A DNA stretch of 64,000 nucleotides from a virus (taxonomy: Duplodnaviria > Caudoviricetes): positions 96,001-160,000 of the IMG/VR virus record IMGVR_UViG_3300037851_000141; one strand, given 5' to 3'. Below, piece by piece: positions 46,194-56,150 of the stretch (position 1 is its first letter; every line of letters begins with the position of its first letter). Both the position numbers and the translations under genes were made by a program. Below the pieces are notes generated by a model. That model had not been told where the DNA came from. It ran no database searches and was given only the letters and a program-made list of their open reading frames with translations.

Positions 46194-46573
46194 TGACTGC
46201 CAGCGCCTTCCGTAAAGCCCCAAAAGAGAAAAATCTAACTAATAAGATGATGCGCCAAAAAATGGAAGAATTGGCGCAACTTATGATAGCACTTGAAACA
46301 ACTCTTATGGAATGGGAAATGTGGTATCGTCTCGTTCCAGATATTAAAGCCGGTATGACTGAATCAGAATATGCTGCTTTCCTTGCCGATGGTCCTATTT
46401 TTAGTGAGATTCCAGAAAAAATCATGATTAGTATTCGCAATCAAATGCCAAAGCGCGAACCAGTTAAACCAGAAGAAAAGAAACCAGTATTGTTTGATGG
46501 TAAAGGAAATGTTGCGAGTGTTGATGATAAGCCCATTCTACAGGATTCTTCTGGCAATATTATAAACAAGTGA
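46193..46573 (+). CDS. Hypothetical protein
   Basis: 126 aa, translationally coupled to the upstream gene. Confidence 0.6.
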   Translation: MTASAFRKAPKEKNLTNKMMRQKMEELAQLMIALETTLMEWEMWYRLVPDIKAGMTESEYAAFLADGPIFSEIPEKIMISIRNQMPKREPVKPEEKKPVLFDGKGNVASVDDKPILQDSSGNIINK

Positions 46574-46579
46574 TATAAT
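46571..46579 (+). promoter_or_regulatory. Extended -10 promoter TGATATAAT (gp62-regA)
   Basis: At the gene boundary, upstream of 46589. Confidence 0.55.
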
Positions 46580-46588
46580 ATACGTATC

Positions 46589-47119
46589 ATGGTTAATAAA
46601 AATAATGAATTGAAACAACTTGATATACTGGCTGCCGCTAAAGGCAAAGATGGGTTTATTGAGTTGGAAGAAGAAATTAAAGAACAAAAAACAAAAATAA
46701 CAATCTTTGATTTTGTCACTGATATTCGTAAAAGTAAAAAAATGGATATGTTGGATAAAGAAGATAATTTACCAATATGGAATTCTTATATGATTTTACA
46801 GGCACTCTCAATGAAAGAGGGTGATGTATTTTTATGTAACCTATTAAATAAATATTCTGGTATGTTATCTAAGCAACAAATGTATCAGGCTTTAACGTAT
46901 ATCATACCAAGGGATCATAATTTTCATCGTTGGATTAAGAAAACCAATGTTGTACCAAATGAAAATTGTGAGTTTGTGTCTCGTTACTTTGAGTGTTCCT
47001 TAAATGAAGCAGAAGAATATATCAAAGTAATGGGAATGGATTGGTCTGAACAAATAAAAAATAAATTTGGTGGTGAAGTCAGCCGCCATATATCTAAGCC
47101 AAGAAAGGGCAAATTATGA
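46589..47119 (+). CDS. gp62: Clamp loader small subunit (gp62)
   Basis: YMILQALSM, QQMYQAL, HRWIKK, VSRYFECSLNEAEEY; precedes regA. Confidence 0.8.
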   Translation: MVNKNNELKQLDILAAAKGKDGFIELEEEIKEQKTKITIFDFVTDIRKSKKMDMLDKEDNLPIWNSYMILQALSMKEGDVFLCNLLNKYSGMLSKQQMYQALTYIIPRDHNFHRWIKKTNVVPNENCEFVSRYFECSLNEAEEYIKVMGMDWSEQIKNKFGGEVSRHISKPRKGKL

Positions 47120-47508
47120 CTATGAATATCGGAATTCCGGTTCGTCTTAAGGTAGATTTCTCCGTTGTGAGAGAAACCCTTGAACGAGTAGGTATAAAAA
47201 ACATCAATAAAAAGGAATTCTACCCTTCTTGTTATTGCGTGGAAACTGCTACCGATGGAATATATAGAATAGTCCACTTTAAAGAGCTATTCCCTCTCTT
47301 TAATCGTGAGTCAACTTATAATTCAGTCGATACTTTGCGCCTAAAAACCATTGTTCAACTTTTGGCCCATTGGAATCTTGTTGAACCCCAAGTTGAAATA
47401 GATGAAATTATGTCTGAAAAGGTGGCAGTCTTAAAACACCAAGAGAAAAAAGACTATAATATCATCCATAAATTTAAGTTCTCAAAGAAAATAGTGCTGG
47501 AATCTTGA
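47116..47508 (+). CDS. regA: Translational repressor RegA
   Basis: DFSVVRETLERVGI, YPSCY, YRIVHFKELF, IVQLLAHWNLV. Confidence 0.92.
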   Translation: MTMNIGIPVRLKVDFSVVRETLERVGIKNINKKEFYPSCYCVETATDGIYRIVHFKELFPLFNRESTYNSVDTLRLKTIVQLLAHWNLVEPQVEIDEIMSEKVAVLKHQEKKDYNIIHKFKFSKKIVLES

Positions 47509-47532
47509 AAACGACATAGTATAATATGGGCT

Positions 47533-48606
47533 ATGAAATTTCCGGCCCACGTTATACATTCGATATTCTTTGAGATAATCGAAAAGGCAGCAACGGTCAG
47601 GAAGGCATCTGGTAAAACAGTCCTTCGTGGCCGTTGTCCTATTTGTGGCGATAGTAAAAATAAATATAAAACCCGATTCTACTGTCTTGAAAATCAAAAT
47701 CATTGGGTTGTTTATTGTCATAATTGCGGATATGAAAAAAGTTTCTTAGGCTTCCTTCAAGAGAATTATCCAGAAAAAGCGGATGGATTATCTTTACAAT
47801 GCTTCGAGATGATAAAATCTGGACAGGCTTTTTCTAAACGTTCATATGATAAAGAAGAAGTAAAAATAAAACCAAATCAAAAAATACATGATTATTTAAC
47901 TAAATTCTTTAATGAGAAATGTATAAAGTTAACGGAACCTCAGATAGAACCAAATAAAGAAAAATTTAGGTTATATGCTCTCAAGAAGATGAAAGATAGA
48001 CATATACCACAATTCTATATAAATCAGTTTTTCTTTTGTTATAAAGGTCTGTATAATTGGCGAGTGATTATCCCTTTTATTGATTCTCAGGGGCTTTATT
48101 ATAACTTTCAAGCCAGAGACATACACCCAAATCCAGATATATATAGAAAAAATAAAAAGTATATATTTGCTTCGTTTAAGGACATTGATTTACCAAGTGA
48201 TAAAATATATAGACAGCATCAAGTTGTAAAATCAAGGCCAGTCTATATTTGTGAAGGTATAATCGACTGCATGCACATTGAAAATGCTATAGCTCTGTGT
48301 AATGCCAATGTAACCGGAGATAAATCAGATTTTATAAGAAAAGAATATCCTCAGAGGGTTTGGATTCTTGATAGTCCTTGGCGTGATCAAACTGGATATG
48401 AAAGAACTCTCAAACTCCTTGAAATGGGAGAACGTTGTTTTATTGTTCCTCAAAAGGTTAATAATAAAGATGTAAAAGACATAAATGATATTGCTATTGC
48501 CACAGATCAGGATATAATATTACACGATTTCATTGAGCAAAATACTATTCAAGGTATGGTCGCTCTTATGAAATTGAAGACCTATAAAATTGGAAAGAAA
48601 GCATGA
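47533..48606 (+). CDS. gp61: DNA primase (gp61)
   Basis: RCPICGDS ... YCHNCG zinc finger, RVIIPF, FQAR, YICEGIID, WILD, KDINDI. Confidence 0.92.
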   Translation: MKFPAHVIHSIFFEIIEKAATVRKASGKTVLRGRCPICGDSKNKYKTRFYCLENQNHWVVYCHNCGYEKSFLGFLQENYPEKADGLSLQCFEMIKSGQAFSKRSYDKEEVKIKPNQKIHDYLTKFFNEKCIKLTEPQIEPNKEKFRLYALKKMKDRHIPQFYINQFFFCYKGLYNWRVIIPFIDSQGLYYNFQARDIHPNPDIYRKNKKYIFASFKDIDLPSDKIYRQHQVVKSRPVYICEGIIDCMHIENAIALCNANVTGDKSDFIRKEYPQRVWILDSPWRDQTGYERTLKLLEMGERCFIVPQKVNNKDVKDINDIAIATDQDIILHDFIEQNTIQGMVALMKLKTYKIGKKA

Positions 48607-49910
48607 GAACTTTAAGTATAGAACAACTGATAAATACGCAATATAAGAAATATTCCTTATATACGGTTGAATCCAGAGCTATTCCTTATATTACAGATGG
48701 TCTAAAGCCGGTTATGCGTCGTTCTTTATGGATTGGAACTAAATTGGCTAAAGATTGGGTTAAAGTCACCAAACTGGCTGGAGCTACCCTGTCCCTGCAT
48801 CCTCATGGTTCAACTTCGGTCGAGGACGCAATTTCAAGTAATGCTCAAAGATTTTCTGGTGCCAATAATGTTTGCTGGTTTAATGGAAAAGGGGCCTTCG
48901 GATCAAAAATTGTAGGTCCAGGCAATGGAATAGGTGCTGCTCGTTATGTTTCAGTAAAGCTATCAGATCACTTTTATAAGATTATGGATGTTGATCATGA
49001 TTTGATAGAACTTCAAGCAAACTATGATGATACTGAACAAGAACCTAAATCATTTTTACCATTAGTTCCAACTGTTTTACTAAATCCAGTTCAAGGTATT
49101 GCTGTTGGTTTCGCGTGTAATATTCTACCTCGTAAATTGGAAGATATAATACATTGTCAAATACAGCATATACAAGGTAAAGACTTCAGAGAACCAAAAG
49201 TATTCTTTGATGGGTTTAAGGGTAAAGTTGAAAAATTAGAACATAATACTTGGAAGGTCACGGGAGTATTTGAGAAAAAGGGCAACCAACTTCATATTAC
49301 AGAATTGCCGATTGGAACCAGCAGAGAACAGTTTATAAAGATATTGGATAACCTTGAAGATAAAGAAATAGTATCATCTTTTATTGATGGATGTACTGAT
49401 GAGTTTGACTTTATTGTAAACCTTAAAGTTGATCTTACAGATGATGAAATATACGAGAAATTTAAGTTATATAATACAATAAATGAAAATATAAATGTAA
49501 TAGATATAAGTGGTAAAATCAGAAATATGACAGTTTCGGAGATAATTAAAGAGTTTACTGATTATAGATTTAAGTTCTATTTGGCGAGATTTAAGAAACA
49601 GTTTCATGCTTTACGCGCCGAATTTGAGTTTGAAAAGGACTTATTAAGAGTTATACAGAAGGGATTATTCAAGAAATTCCCAAATCTTAAAAAGGCAGAA
49701 ATACATCAACTATTATTAGAGAATGAAATCAAAGAAGAAAATATACCAAAAATAATACAAACTCCAATATATAAATTCGGTAAAGATGAGATAGAAAAGA
49801 TAATAAATACATTAAAAGAACTAAAGATAAAATTGGAGAATCTGATAAAATTGTGTAAGAACGAAGATTTAAGAAAAGATGAATATATAAAAGAACTAAA
49901 AGGAATCTAA
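48603..49910 (+). CDS. gp52: Type II topoisomerase breakage-reunion subunit (gp52 / GyrA-like)
   Basis: DGLKPVMRR, HPHGSTS, GAFGS, AARY (catalytic Tyr), EP ... LP, GIAVGF, ITELP. Confidence 0.95.
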   Translation: MRTLSIEQLINTQYKKYSLYTVESRAIPYITDGLKPVMRRSLWIGTKLAKDWVKVTKLAGATLSLHPHGSTSVEDAISSNAQRFSGANNVCWFNGKGAFGSKIVGPGNGIGAARYVSVKLSDHFYKIMDVDHDLIELQANYDDTEQEPKSFLPLVPTVLLNPVQGIAVGFACNILPRKLEDIIHCQIQHIQGKDFREPKVFFDGFKGKVEKLEHNTWKVTGVFEKKGNQLHITELPIGTSREQFIKILDNLEDKEIVSSFIDGCTDEFDFIVNLKVDLTDDEIYEKFKLYNTINENINVIDISGKIRNMTVSEIIKEFTDYRFKFYLARFKKQFHALRAEFEFEKDLLRVIQKGLFKKFPNLKKAEIHQLLLENEIKEENIPKIIQTPIYKFGKDEIEKIINTLKELKIKLENLIKLCKNEDLRKDEYIKELKGI

Positions 49911-50752
49911 TGTCCACTATATTATTTGCCCAACCTGTATTTTTGCCAGATGAAAAAAGATTACAAAGAAATATAGACTCTTTATCATCGTTCTATCAAT
50001 ATATGAAAAATCAACCTGAATCTATTGGACAAAATGGACTTGTTCTGGCTATAGGTGGATGGGCTAAAACTGATGATCTTTGGAGTAGATTTTGTTCTTT
50101 CGTTAAAACAATATTTGATGGCAAACTTAATGTGCTACGCTTTGATAAAAACTATGGAAAAGCTATAGTTGTAAACACTTTGATAAAGAAAATACAAGAA
50201 CAAAATATCAAATTTGATTACATTTTTACTATGGATTCAGATATTATTTTCATTCAAGAGCAACGAAATATGTTTGTTCGGCTATTATATTCGGCTCATA
50301 AACTATCTTCAGTTAAAAAGATGCCATTTGGAATGATATCAATGAATCAGTCCGGTCAGAATTGTCACCTTCCTCATGTTTATGAAAATTCTGTAGACTT
50401 TACTGTTACAATTAATAATATTGTGTATACAGAAAAATTGGTTTGGCCAACTAATCCAAGTGGAATGGCCGGCGGGTGTTTATTCATTAGTAAAGATTAT
50501 TGGTGCAAAGTTGGTGGGTATAAAGTATTTGGGGTTTATGCTGGCGATGATGCTCATTTGTTATTGGATTGTGGGCGAATGGGATTTTCATATCAAATGT
50601 TTCACACATTAAGTATATTACATCCTATGGATAACGATGAAGAATATGCCCGGTGGAAGGTTCAAGCTTGTCAAGGAGATACAAGAACTGGATTAAAACA
50701 AAATATTGATTCTTCTATTAAAAATGCTGATGATTTTTGGGATAAACGATGA
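49910..50752 (+). CDS. GT-A glycosyltransferase
   Basis: FTMDSD (DxD), AGGCLFISK, VGGY, YAGDD. Confidence 0.72.
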   Translation: MSTILFAQPVFLPDEKRLQRNIDSLSSFYQYMKNQPESIGQNGLVLAIGGWAKTDDLWSRFCSFVKTIFDGKLNVLRFDKNYGKAIVVNTLIKKIQEQNIKFDYIFTMDSDIIFIQEQRNMFVRLLYSAHKLSSVKKMPFGMISMNQSGQNCHLPHVYENSVDFTVTINNIVYTEKLVWPTNPSGMAGGCLFISKDYWCKVGGYKVFGVYAGDDAHLLLDCGRMGFSYQMFHTLSILHPMDNDEEYARWKVQACQGDTRTGLKQNIDSSIKNADDFWDKR

Positions 50753-51855
50753 ATGTATTTTGTAATCCTACGGTGATTTTAATATATGGTATGCCCGGTA
50801 ATGGTAAATCATTTTTAGGAAACGAAATACATCAATTATCTAAAAATTCAATATTAATTCACAGTGATCTTTTATTTCATGAAGATGGTGATAGAAGAAT
50901 AATGTGGGATTTTTATAATAGTTTTCCAAATGGTAACATATATGACATAACGCTATCAAAAGAATTTACTAAATATAAGTTTTTAATGATATATAAATTG
51001 GTAAATAAAATAGAAAATATATTAGATGAGAACAAGTTTATTTCGAATATTATTATTGAAGGGTTTTCAGTTAAATATTTGATTGATTACTTAGAACTTT
51101 ATTTTAAGGAAAAAAATATTACTAAAGTATTGAAGTTCGAGATGAAAGCTAAAGAGATATTTAACGGAGATAATACAGTTATTGCTAATACTGATAAAAA
51201 ACTCGACAGTATAAAACGACTTATAACAGATGGCAATATATTAACTAAATCAAATTACCAATCTTTTGATTTTTTAGGTGATTGTAAAAAAGATAGCAGT
51301 TCTTGTGCTAAATATGAGTGTGCTAAATTAGATGATATTTCTCTTGAAAATAAGATAGTATTGGATATTGGTTGTAATGCTGGGTATTTTATTTATCGAT
51401 TACTTAATAAAAATCCCGAGAAAGTTATTGGATTGGATAATAGTGGGCATTATTGTTCAATAGCATATGAAATCAATAAGACTTATTTTGATTCTAATAA
51501 AGTTTTAATAATAAATGATTCTCTATTTAATATAAACGAAAGAGTTCATTTCATTTTATGTACATCAACTTTACATTATTTTGTTGATCAGCAGCAGAAT
51601 TTTTTCGATAAATGTTTTGACCTTCTTTATGATAATGGTCATTTGTTGGTTGAAGTTGAAGAATATGACCATAATGAAATGCCAGAAATTATAAAAAAGA
51701 GTAGAAATAATAGTCTTAGTTTTCTTGACTATCCCAATGAAAAAATGGTTCTTGAAATGATTAAAAATAAGTTTATAATACAAGACAAGTTTAAATCTGT
51801 ATTTCAACCGGGGCAATTTTTTGATAGGTATTTTTATTCATTGAGGCGACTATGA
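50749..51855 (+). CDS. Fusion of a P-loop kinase-like domain and a SAM-dependent methyltransferase
   Basis: YGMPGNGKS; VLDIGCNAGYF; STLHYF. Confidence 0.78.
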   Translation: MNVFCNPTVILIYGMPGNGKSFLGNEIHQLSKNSILIHSDLLFHEDGDRRIMWDFYNSFPNGNIYDITLSKEFTKYKFLMIYKLVNKIENILDENKFISNIIIEGFSVKYLIDYLELYFKEKNITKVLKFEMKAKEIFNGDNTVIANTDKKLDSIKRLITDGNILTKSNYQSFDFLGDCKKDSSSCAKYECAKLDDISLENKIVLDIGCNAGYFIYRLLNKNPEKVIGLDNSGHYCSIAYEINKTYFDSNKVLIINDSLFNINERVHFILCTSTLHYFVDQQQNFFDKCFDLLYDNGHLLVEVEEYDHNEMPEIIKKSRNNSLSFLDYPNEKMVLEMIKNKFIIQDKFKSVFQPGQFFDRYFYSLRRL

Positions 51856-52613
51856 GATTAGACTTAAAAGACTTAACATTTAATATACCAATACGATATG
51901 ACACAGAACATCGTATACAAAATATAAATTTGATTGTAGATTATATTCAATCTCATTTTGACACTAATATAATTGTAATGGAAGAATCATCGACACCAAG
52001 ATTCGATTATCTTAGGAATAAAGTTAATTATATTCATAAACATAGTAATGAACAGCATTTACATAGAACTAAATGTCTAAATGAAATGTCAAAAGTATCA
52101 AAAACTCCATATATTGCTAACTATGATGCTGATGTACTTTTTAGAGTTCAACAATACATTGACGCTATAAACATTTTAAGAAACTCTCAAGCAGATTTAG
52201 TGTTTCCGTATGCTGGCAGATTTATGGAATGTAATCGTGATCGTTTTTTCAATAGGATAAACGAATCAAAATCTGTTGAATGGATAAACGAATCAGACCT
52301 TCATTGTAATCATCCTCAATCAGTTGGTGGGGCTATTTTTTGGAATAAATCAAAATTTGTATCTATTGGAATGGAGAATGAGAATTTTAAGTCTTGGGGT
52401 TGGGAAGATGGAGAAAGATTTGTACGAGCGACAAAACTTGGACTTAGACCAGCAAGAACATTTGGAATTTTATATCATATGGACCATCAAAGATTAGCAG
52501 ATTCAACTCAAAATAATCCACATTACCAGAATAATATAAATGAATTTTCTAAAGTACAACATATGAGTCCTGCCGAATTAAATAATTATATAAAAACATG
52601 GGAGTGGCGATGA
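51852..52613 (+). CDS. GT-A glycosyltransferase, GT2/GT7-C-like
   Basis: YDADV, VGGAIFWNK, MENENFKSWGWED. Confidence 0.82.
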   Translation: MRLDLKDLTFNIPIRYDTEHRIQNINLIVDYIQSHFDTNIIVMEESSTPRFDYLRNKVNYIHKHSNEQHLHRTKCLNEMSKVSKTPYIANYDADVLFRVQQYIDAINILRNSQADLVFPYAGRFMECNRDRFFNRINESKSVEWINESDLHCNHPQSVGGAIFWNKSKFVSIGMENENFKSWGWEDGERFVRATKLGLRPARTFGILYHMDHQRLADSTQNNPHYQNNINEFSKVQHMSPAELNNYIKTWEWR

Positions 52614-54496
52614 ATATAATATTACCAATAGGTGGTCGTGGTGAAAGATTTAAGACTGATGGATATAGATTTCCAAAACCTCTTATAAATGTATTTGGTA
52701 AGCCTCTTATATTATGGGTGTTGGATAATCTTAATGTATCCGATGATGATAAGCTTTTTATTGTATATAATGAAGAACTTGATAACTATAATTTTAGTCA
52801 GATAGTAAAGTTTAGATATAAAAAGGCTAAGAATCTAAATTTTATAAAGATAAATTATTATACAAGAGGAGCAGCAGAGACTTTACTTTGTGGTTTAAAT
52901 CAGATTCCAAAAGAAGATATGGATAATCTGACGGTTTCTCTTGATTGTGACACCTTTTACGTTGATGATATTATAACAAAATGTAAAGAAAATAATAATA
53001 ATCTTATATTTTATTTTAATGATGTTGAAGAGAAACCAATTTATTCATACATTAAAACAAACAATATTGGTCAGGTTGTTGAAATAAAAGAAAAAATAAA
53101 AATATCCGACAACGCGAACACCGGAGCTTATTGTTTTAGAACAGCCAATCTTCTCAAATCATATTGTGAAAAACTTATTAGTACTCAATTAAGTCAAGAT
53201 AAAAAAGAATACTATGTCTCTCTTTTATATGATATGATTATTCGGGATATGGGTATTGTTTATTCAGCTAAAGTTGAAAAATTCCATTGTTTAGGTACAC
53301 CAGAGCAAGTTCAGTCTTTTTGTTTATTGAATCAAGAGAAAACGAAACCAAAGAGATTCTGTTTTGATCTTGACAATACCTTAGTAACATATCCAGTTAT
53401 TGATGGTGATTATACTTCAGTTTTACCTATACAAACTACAATAGATTATGTTAAATCATTAAAGCGTTTAGGTCATACGATAATAATATATACTGCCAGA
53501 AGAATGAAAACTCATAGTGGTAACGTTGGCGCTATAATTGCTGATGTTGGCAAGATAACTATTGATACATTGGCAAAATATGACATACCATACGATGAGC
53601 TTTATTTTGGTAAACCTTATGCTGACTTTTATATAGACGATTTAGGTGTCAATCCTTATTATGATATGCCAAAAGAACTTGGTTTTTATAAAGATACCAT
53701 AGATGCTCGTTCATTTAATAGTATAGAATTTCAAGATAAAACTATTATAAAAAGATCGAAAAATGGTAAATCTCTTGGTGAAATAACTTGGTATAGGCAT
53801 TTAACTCCAAACTCTATTGCTTCAATCTATGTTCCAAAATTGATTTCACATAATTCGGATGAGACTGAAATGACAATTGAACGTGTTGATGGTATTCCAG
53901 TTTCTTTATTATATATTAATGGTTCTATGACAAATGATATACTTAACTCTATATTTCGTGGGCTTTACTATATTCACATTCATCAAACAGAACATATTGA
54001 TATTCCAATAGATAATTGTTTTTACACTAACAAGCTTCGTGAGCGGTATGAATCTTATGATTATTCCTATTTAGGACCAGATATACATAACGAATATCTG
54101 GATTTAATGTCAAAATTAAGTCAATATGAACAAAAAATTTCTCAAAATACTTTTATACACGGAGATTCAGTTTTAACGAATATATTGCTTACTAAAAAAT
54201 CTGATATAATGTTTATTGATATGCGTGGAACCGTATTTGGAGATAAACTGTATGATTATGCTAAATTATATCAGTCAATAATTGGATATGATTTTATTCT
54301 TAATGATAAGCCTATAAATGATGATTATGTTAATAAATGGAAGACGATAATAGAACGTAATGTTACGACTACATTTACCGATAGAACAATAGAAGACCTC
54401 AAGTTGGTTACTCGCAGTTTATTATTTACTCTTATTCCATTACATAATAACGAAAAGTGTCATCAATATTACAAACTTATAAAGGATATTAAATGA
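52610..54496 (+). CDS. Three-domain protein: nucleotidyltransferase, BcbF/EcbF-type HAD phosphatase, APH/choline-kinase-like domain; likely start ATG 52610
   Basis: PIGGRGERF ... PKPLI; FDLDNTL ... YTARRMKTH ... GKPYADFYIDD; HGDSVLTNIL ... FIDMRG ... YDYAKLYQS. Confidence 0.85.
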   Translation: MNIILPIGGRGERFKTDGYRFPKPLINVFGKPLILWVLDNLNVSDDDKLFIVYNEELDNYNFSQIVKFRYKKAKNLNFIKINYYTRGAAETLLCGLNQIPKEDMDNLTVSLDCDTFYVDDIITKCKENNNNLIFYFNDVEEKPIYSYIKTNNIGQVVEIKEKIKISDNANTGAYCFRTANLLKSYCEKLISTQLSQDKKEYYVSLLYDMIIRDMGIVYSAKVEKFHCLGTPEQVQSFCLLNQEKTKPKRFCFDLDNTLVTYPVIDGDYTSVLPIQTTIDYVKSLKRLGHTIIIYTARRMKTHSGNVGAIIADVGKITIDTLAKYDIPYDELYFGKPYADFYIDDLGVNPYYDMPKELGFYKDTIDARSFNSIEFQDKTIIKRSKNGKSLGEITWYRHLTPNSIASIYVPKLISHNSDETEMTIERVDGIPVSLLYINGSMTNDILNSIFRGLYYIHIHQTEHIDIPIDNCFYTNKLRERYESYDYSYLGPDIHNEYLDLMSKLSQYEQKISQNTFIHGDSVLTNILLTKKSDIMFIDMRGTVFGDKLYDYAKLYQSIIGYDFILNDKPINDDYVNKWKTIIERNVTTTFTDRTIEDLKLVTRSLLFTLIPLHNNEKCHQYYKLIKDIK

Positions 54497-55248
54497 GAAC
54501 CGCTCTTTTATTTTATGGTCAGTTTAGATTTGTTGAAGAATGCTTCCAATCAATTAAACAAAATCTTATAGAACCAAATTTCCCTGATATATTCTTTCAT
54601 GGTTGGTATAGTGATGATGAAATAACCCAACCGTATAAGTTTGGCGGTAATGGCGGTTGGCAACATCAGAGAATAAAAAAAGATGCTCATAAAAAAGCCT
54701 TTGAGTTATATTCTCCAGTTAAGACAAAAATTGAACCTTCAAAAAAATTTTTAGATAAGAATATGGATTTCAGTCTTAGTATTCAGAGATATTATCGTGG
54801 CGCTTTAGAACGACCGGACATGAATCCAGACTTTCGTAATAAGATGATAAACAACATTCATAGTATGTGGTATTCAATTCACCAAAGTAATTTATTAAAA
54901 CAAGAATATGAACTTGATCGGGACTTTAAGTACGATTGTGTAATACGAAGTAGGTTTGATAATGTAATAAAAACAAGAATTGAAGTTGCTTCTTTAGATT
55001 TAAGTAAAATACACTATATTGAAATGGGTCAACCCGCACCTATGGTTTCAGATTGGTTGAATATCGGTAATAGTCAAAATATGGATGTTATAAATTCAAT
55101 ATATCCAAACATTAGTAAATATGTAGAACTTACCAAACGGGATACTGGTGGTTCTTTTTGTAGTGAGTTATTGATAAGAAAAGCTGCTGATATGTTTGGT
55201 ATTCCAGTACAACAACAAGGGTGGCATGTAGAATTGCCGAGGTTTTAG
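54493..55248 (+). CDS. Putative glycosyltransferase-related protein
   Basis: MRTALLFYGQFR and YDCVIRSRFD pattern, typical of viral glycan clusters as recalled; not verified by search. Confidence 0.55.
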   Translation: MRTALLFYGQFRFVEECFQSIKQNLIEPNFPDIFFHGWYSDDEITQPYKFGGNGGWQHQRIKKDAHKKAFELYSPVKTKIEPSKKFLDKNMDFSLSIQRYYRGALERPDMNPDFRNKMINNIHSMWYSIHQSNLLKQEYELDRDFKYDCVIRSRFDNVIKTRIEVASLDLSKIHYIEMGQPAPMVSDWLNIGNSQNMDVINSIYPNISKYVELTKRDTGGSFCSELLIRKAADMFGIPVQQQGWHVELPRF

Positions 55249-55251
55249 AAC

Positions 55252-56139
55252 ATGATAAATAACAAAAACGTCATTCTATGGGTTCCTGCGGGTCGTCAAC
55301 GGTATATGGAACTTCTCATACCCCATCTTATAAAGAATATTGAGTATGTTGACGAGATTCATTTGTGGCGGAATACTCGTAATGACTCAGATGCTCGTTA
55401 TCTTGAGTCTCTTGCTAATGTACATCCAAAAATAAAAATAAGAGAACATGGTAGACAGGAATATAAAGGTAAAGTCGAATATTTAAGGTTTGTCTATCCA
55501 GAATATAAAGAATCTAATACAGTCTATATAAAAGTCGATGATGATGTTGTATATATTGAGCCAAACAAGCTAAAATCATTTATAGAATTTCGTATAAACA
55601 ACCCACAATATTTTCTTGTTTACCCAATGACTGTCAATAATCCATTTTGTATGTGGAAAGCTTCTCGTTTAGGTATAATCCCAAATCTACCAAGCACTTA
55701 TGACTCTTGGGAATCTACAATAAAGACAGTTAAACCAAAAATACAACGTCGCTCAGAACCTCGCCTTACTCATTATATGGATGAAAAACAAGTTCTTTGT
55801 CCTGATTTTTGGGGTAATAACGATAATGCCTTAATGTTCCATAGACAACTGATTGAACATGGTCCAAATAAGTTCCATATGCCTAATTGGGAGTTGACTA
55901 ATAACGAAACAGTTTCAATCAATTTTATATCATGGTTGGGCGAGTCATTTCAAGAGTTTAATGGACAAGTTGATTCGTTTGAGGATGAAACTTGGCTTGC
56001 GACATTCTATCCAATATACTCCAATAAAATAAACTGTGTATATGGGGATTTTGTTGTTTCTCATTTCTCGTATTACCCTCAAATGAAATTTCTTGATTCA
56101 ACTGATTTATTGATGAGTTATGGTAAAATAAATGACTAA
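55252..56139 (+). CDS. Putative GT-A glycosyltransferase
   Basis: PAGRQRYME, YIKVDDDVVY, INFISW, SHFSY. Confidence 0.6.
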   Translation: MINNKNVILWVPAGRQRYMELLIPHLIKNIEYVDEIHLWRNTRNDSDARYLESLANVHPKIKIREHGRQEYKGKVEYLRFVYPEYKESNTVYIKVDDDVVYIEPNKLKSFIEFRINNPQYFLVYPMTVNNPFCMWKASRLGIIPNLPSTYDSWESTIKTVKPKIQRRSEPRLTHYMDEKQVLCPDFWGNNDNALMFHRQLIEHGPNKFHMPNWELTNNETVSINFISWLGESFQEFNGQVDSFEDETWLATFYPIYSNKINCVYGDFVVSHFSYYPQMKFLDSTDLLMSYGKIND

Positions 56140-56150
56140 AGGGATATGAA

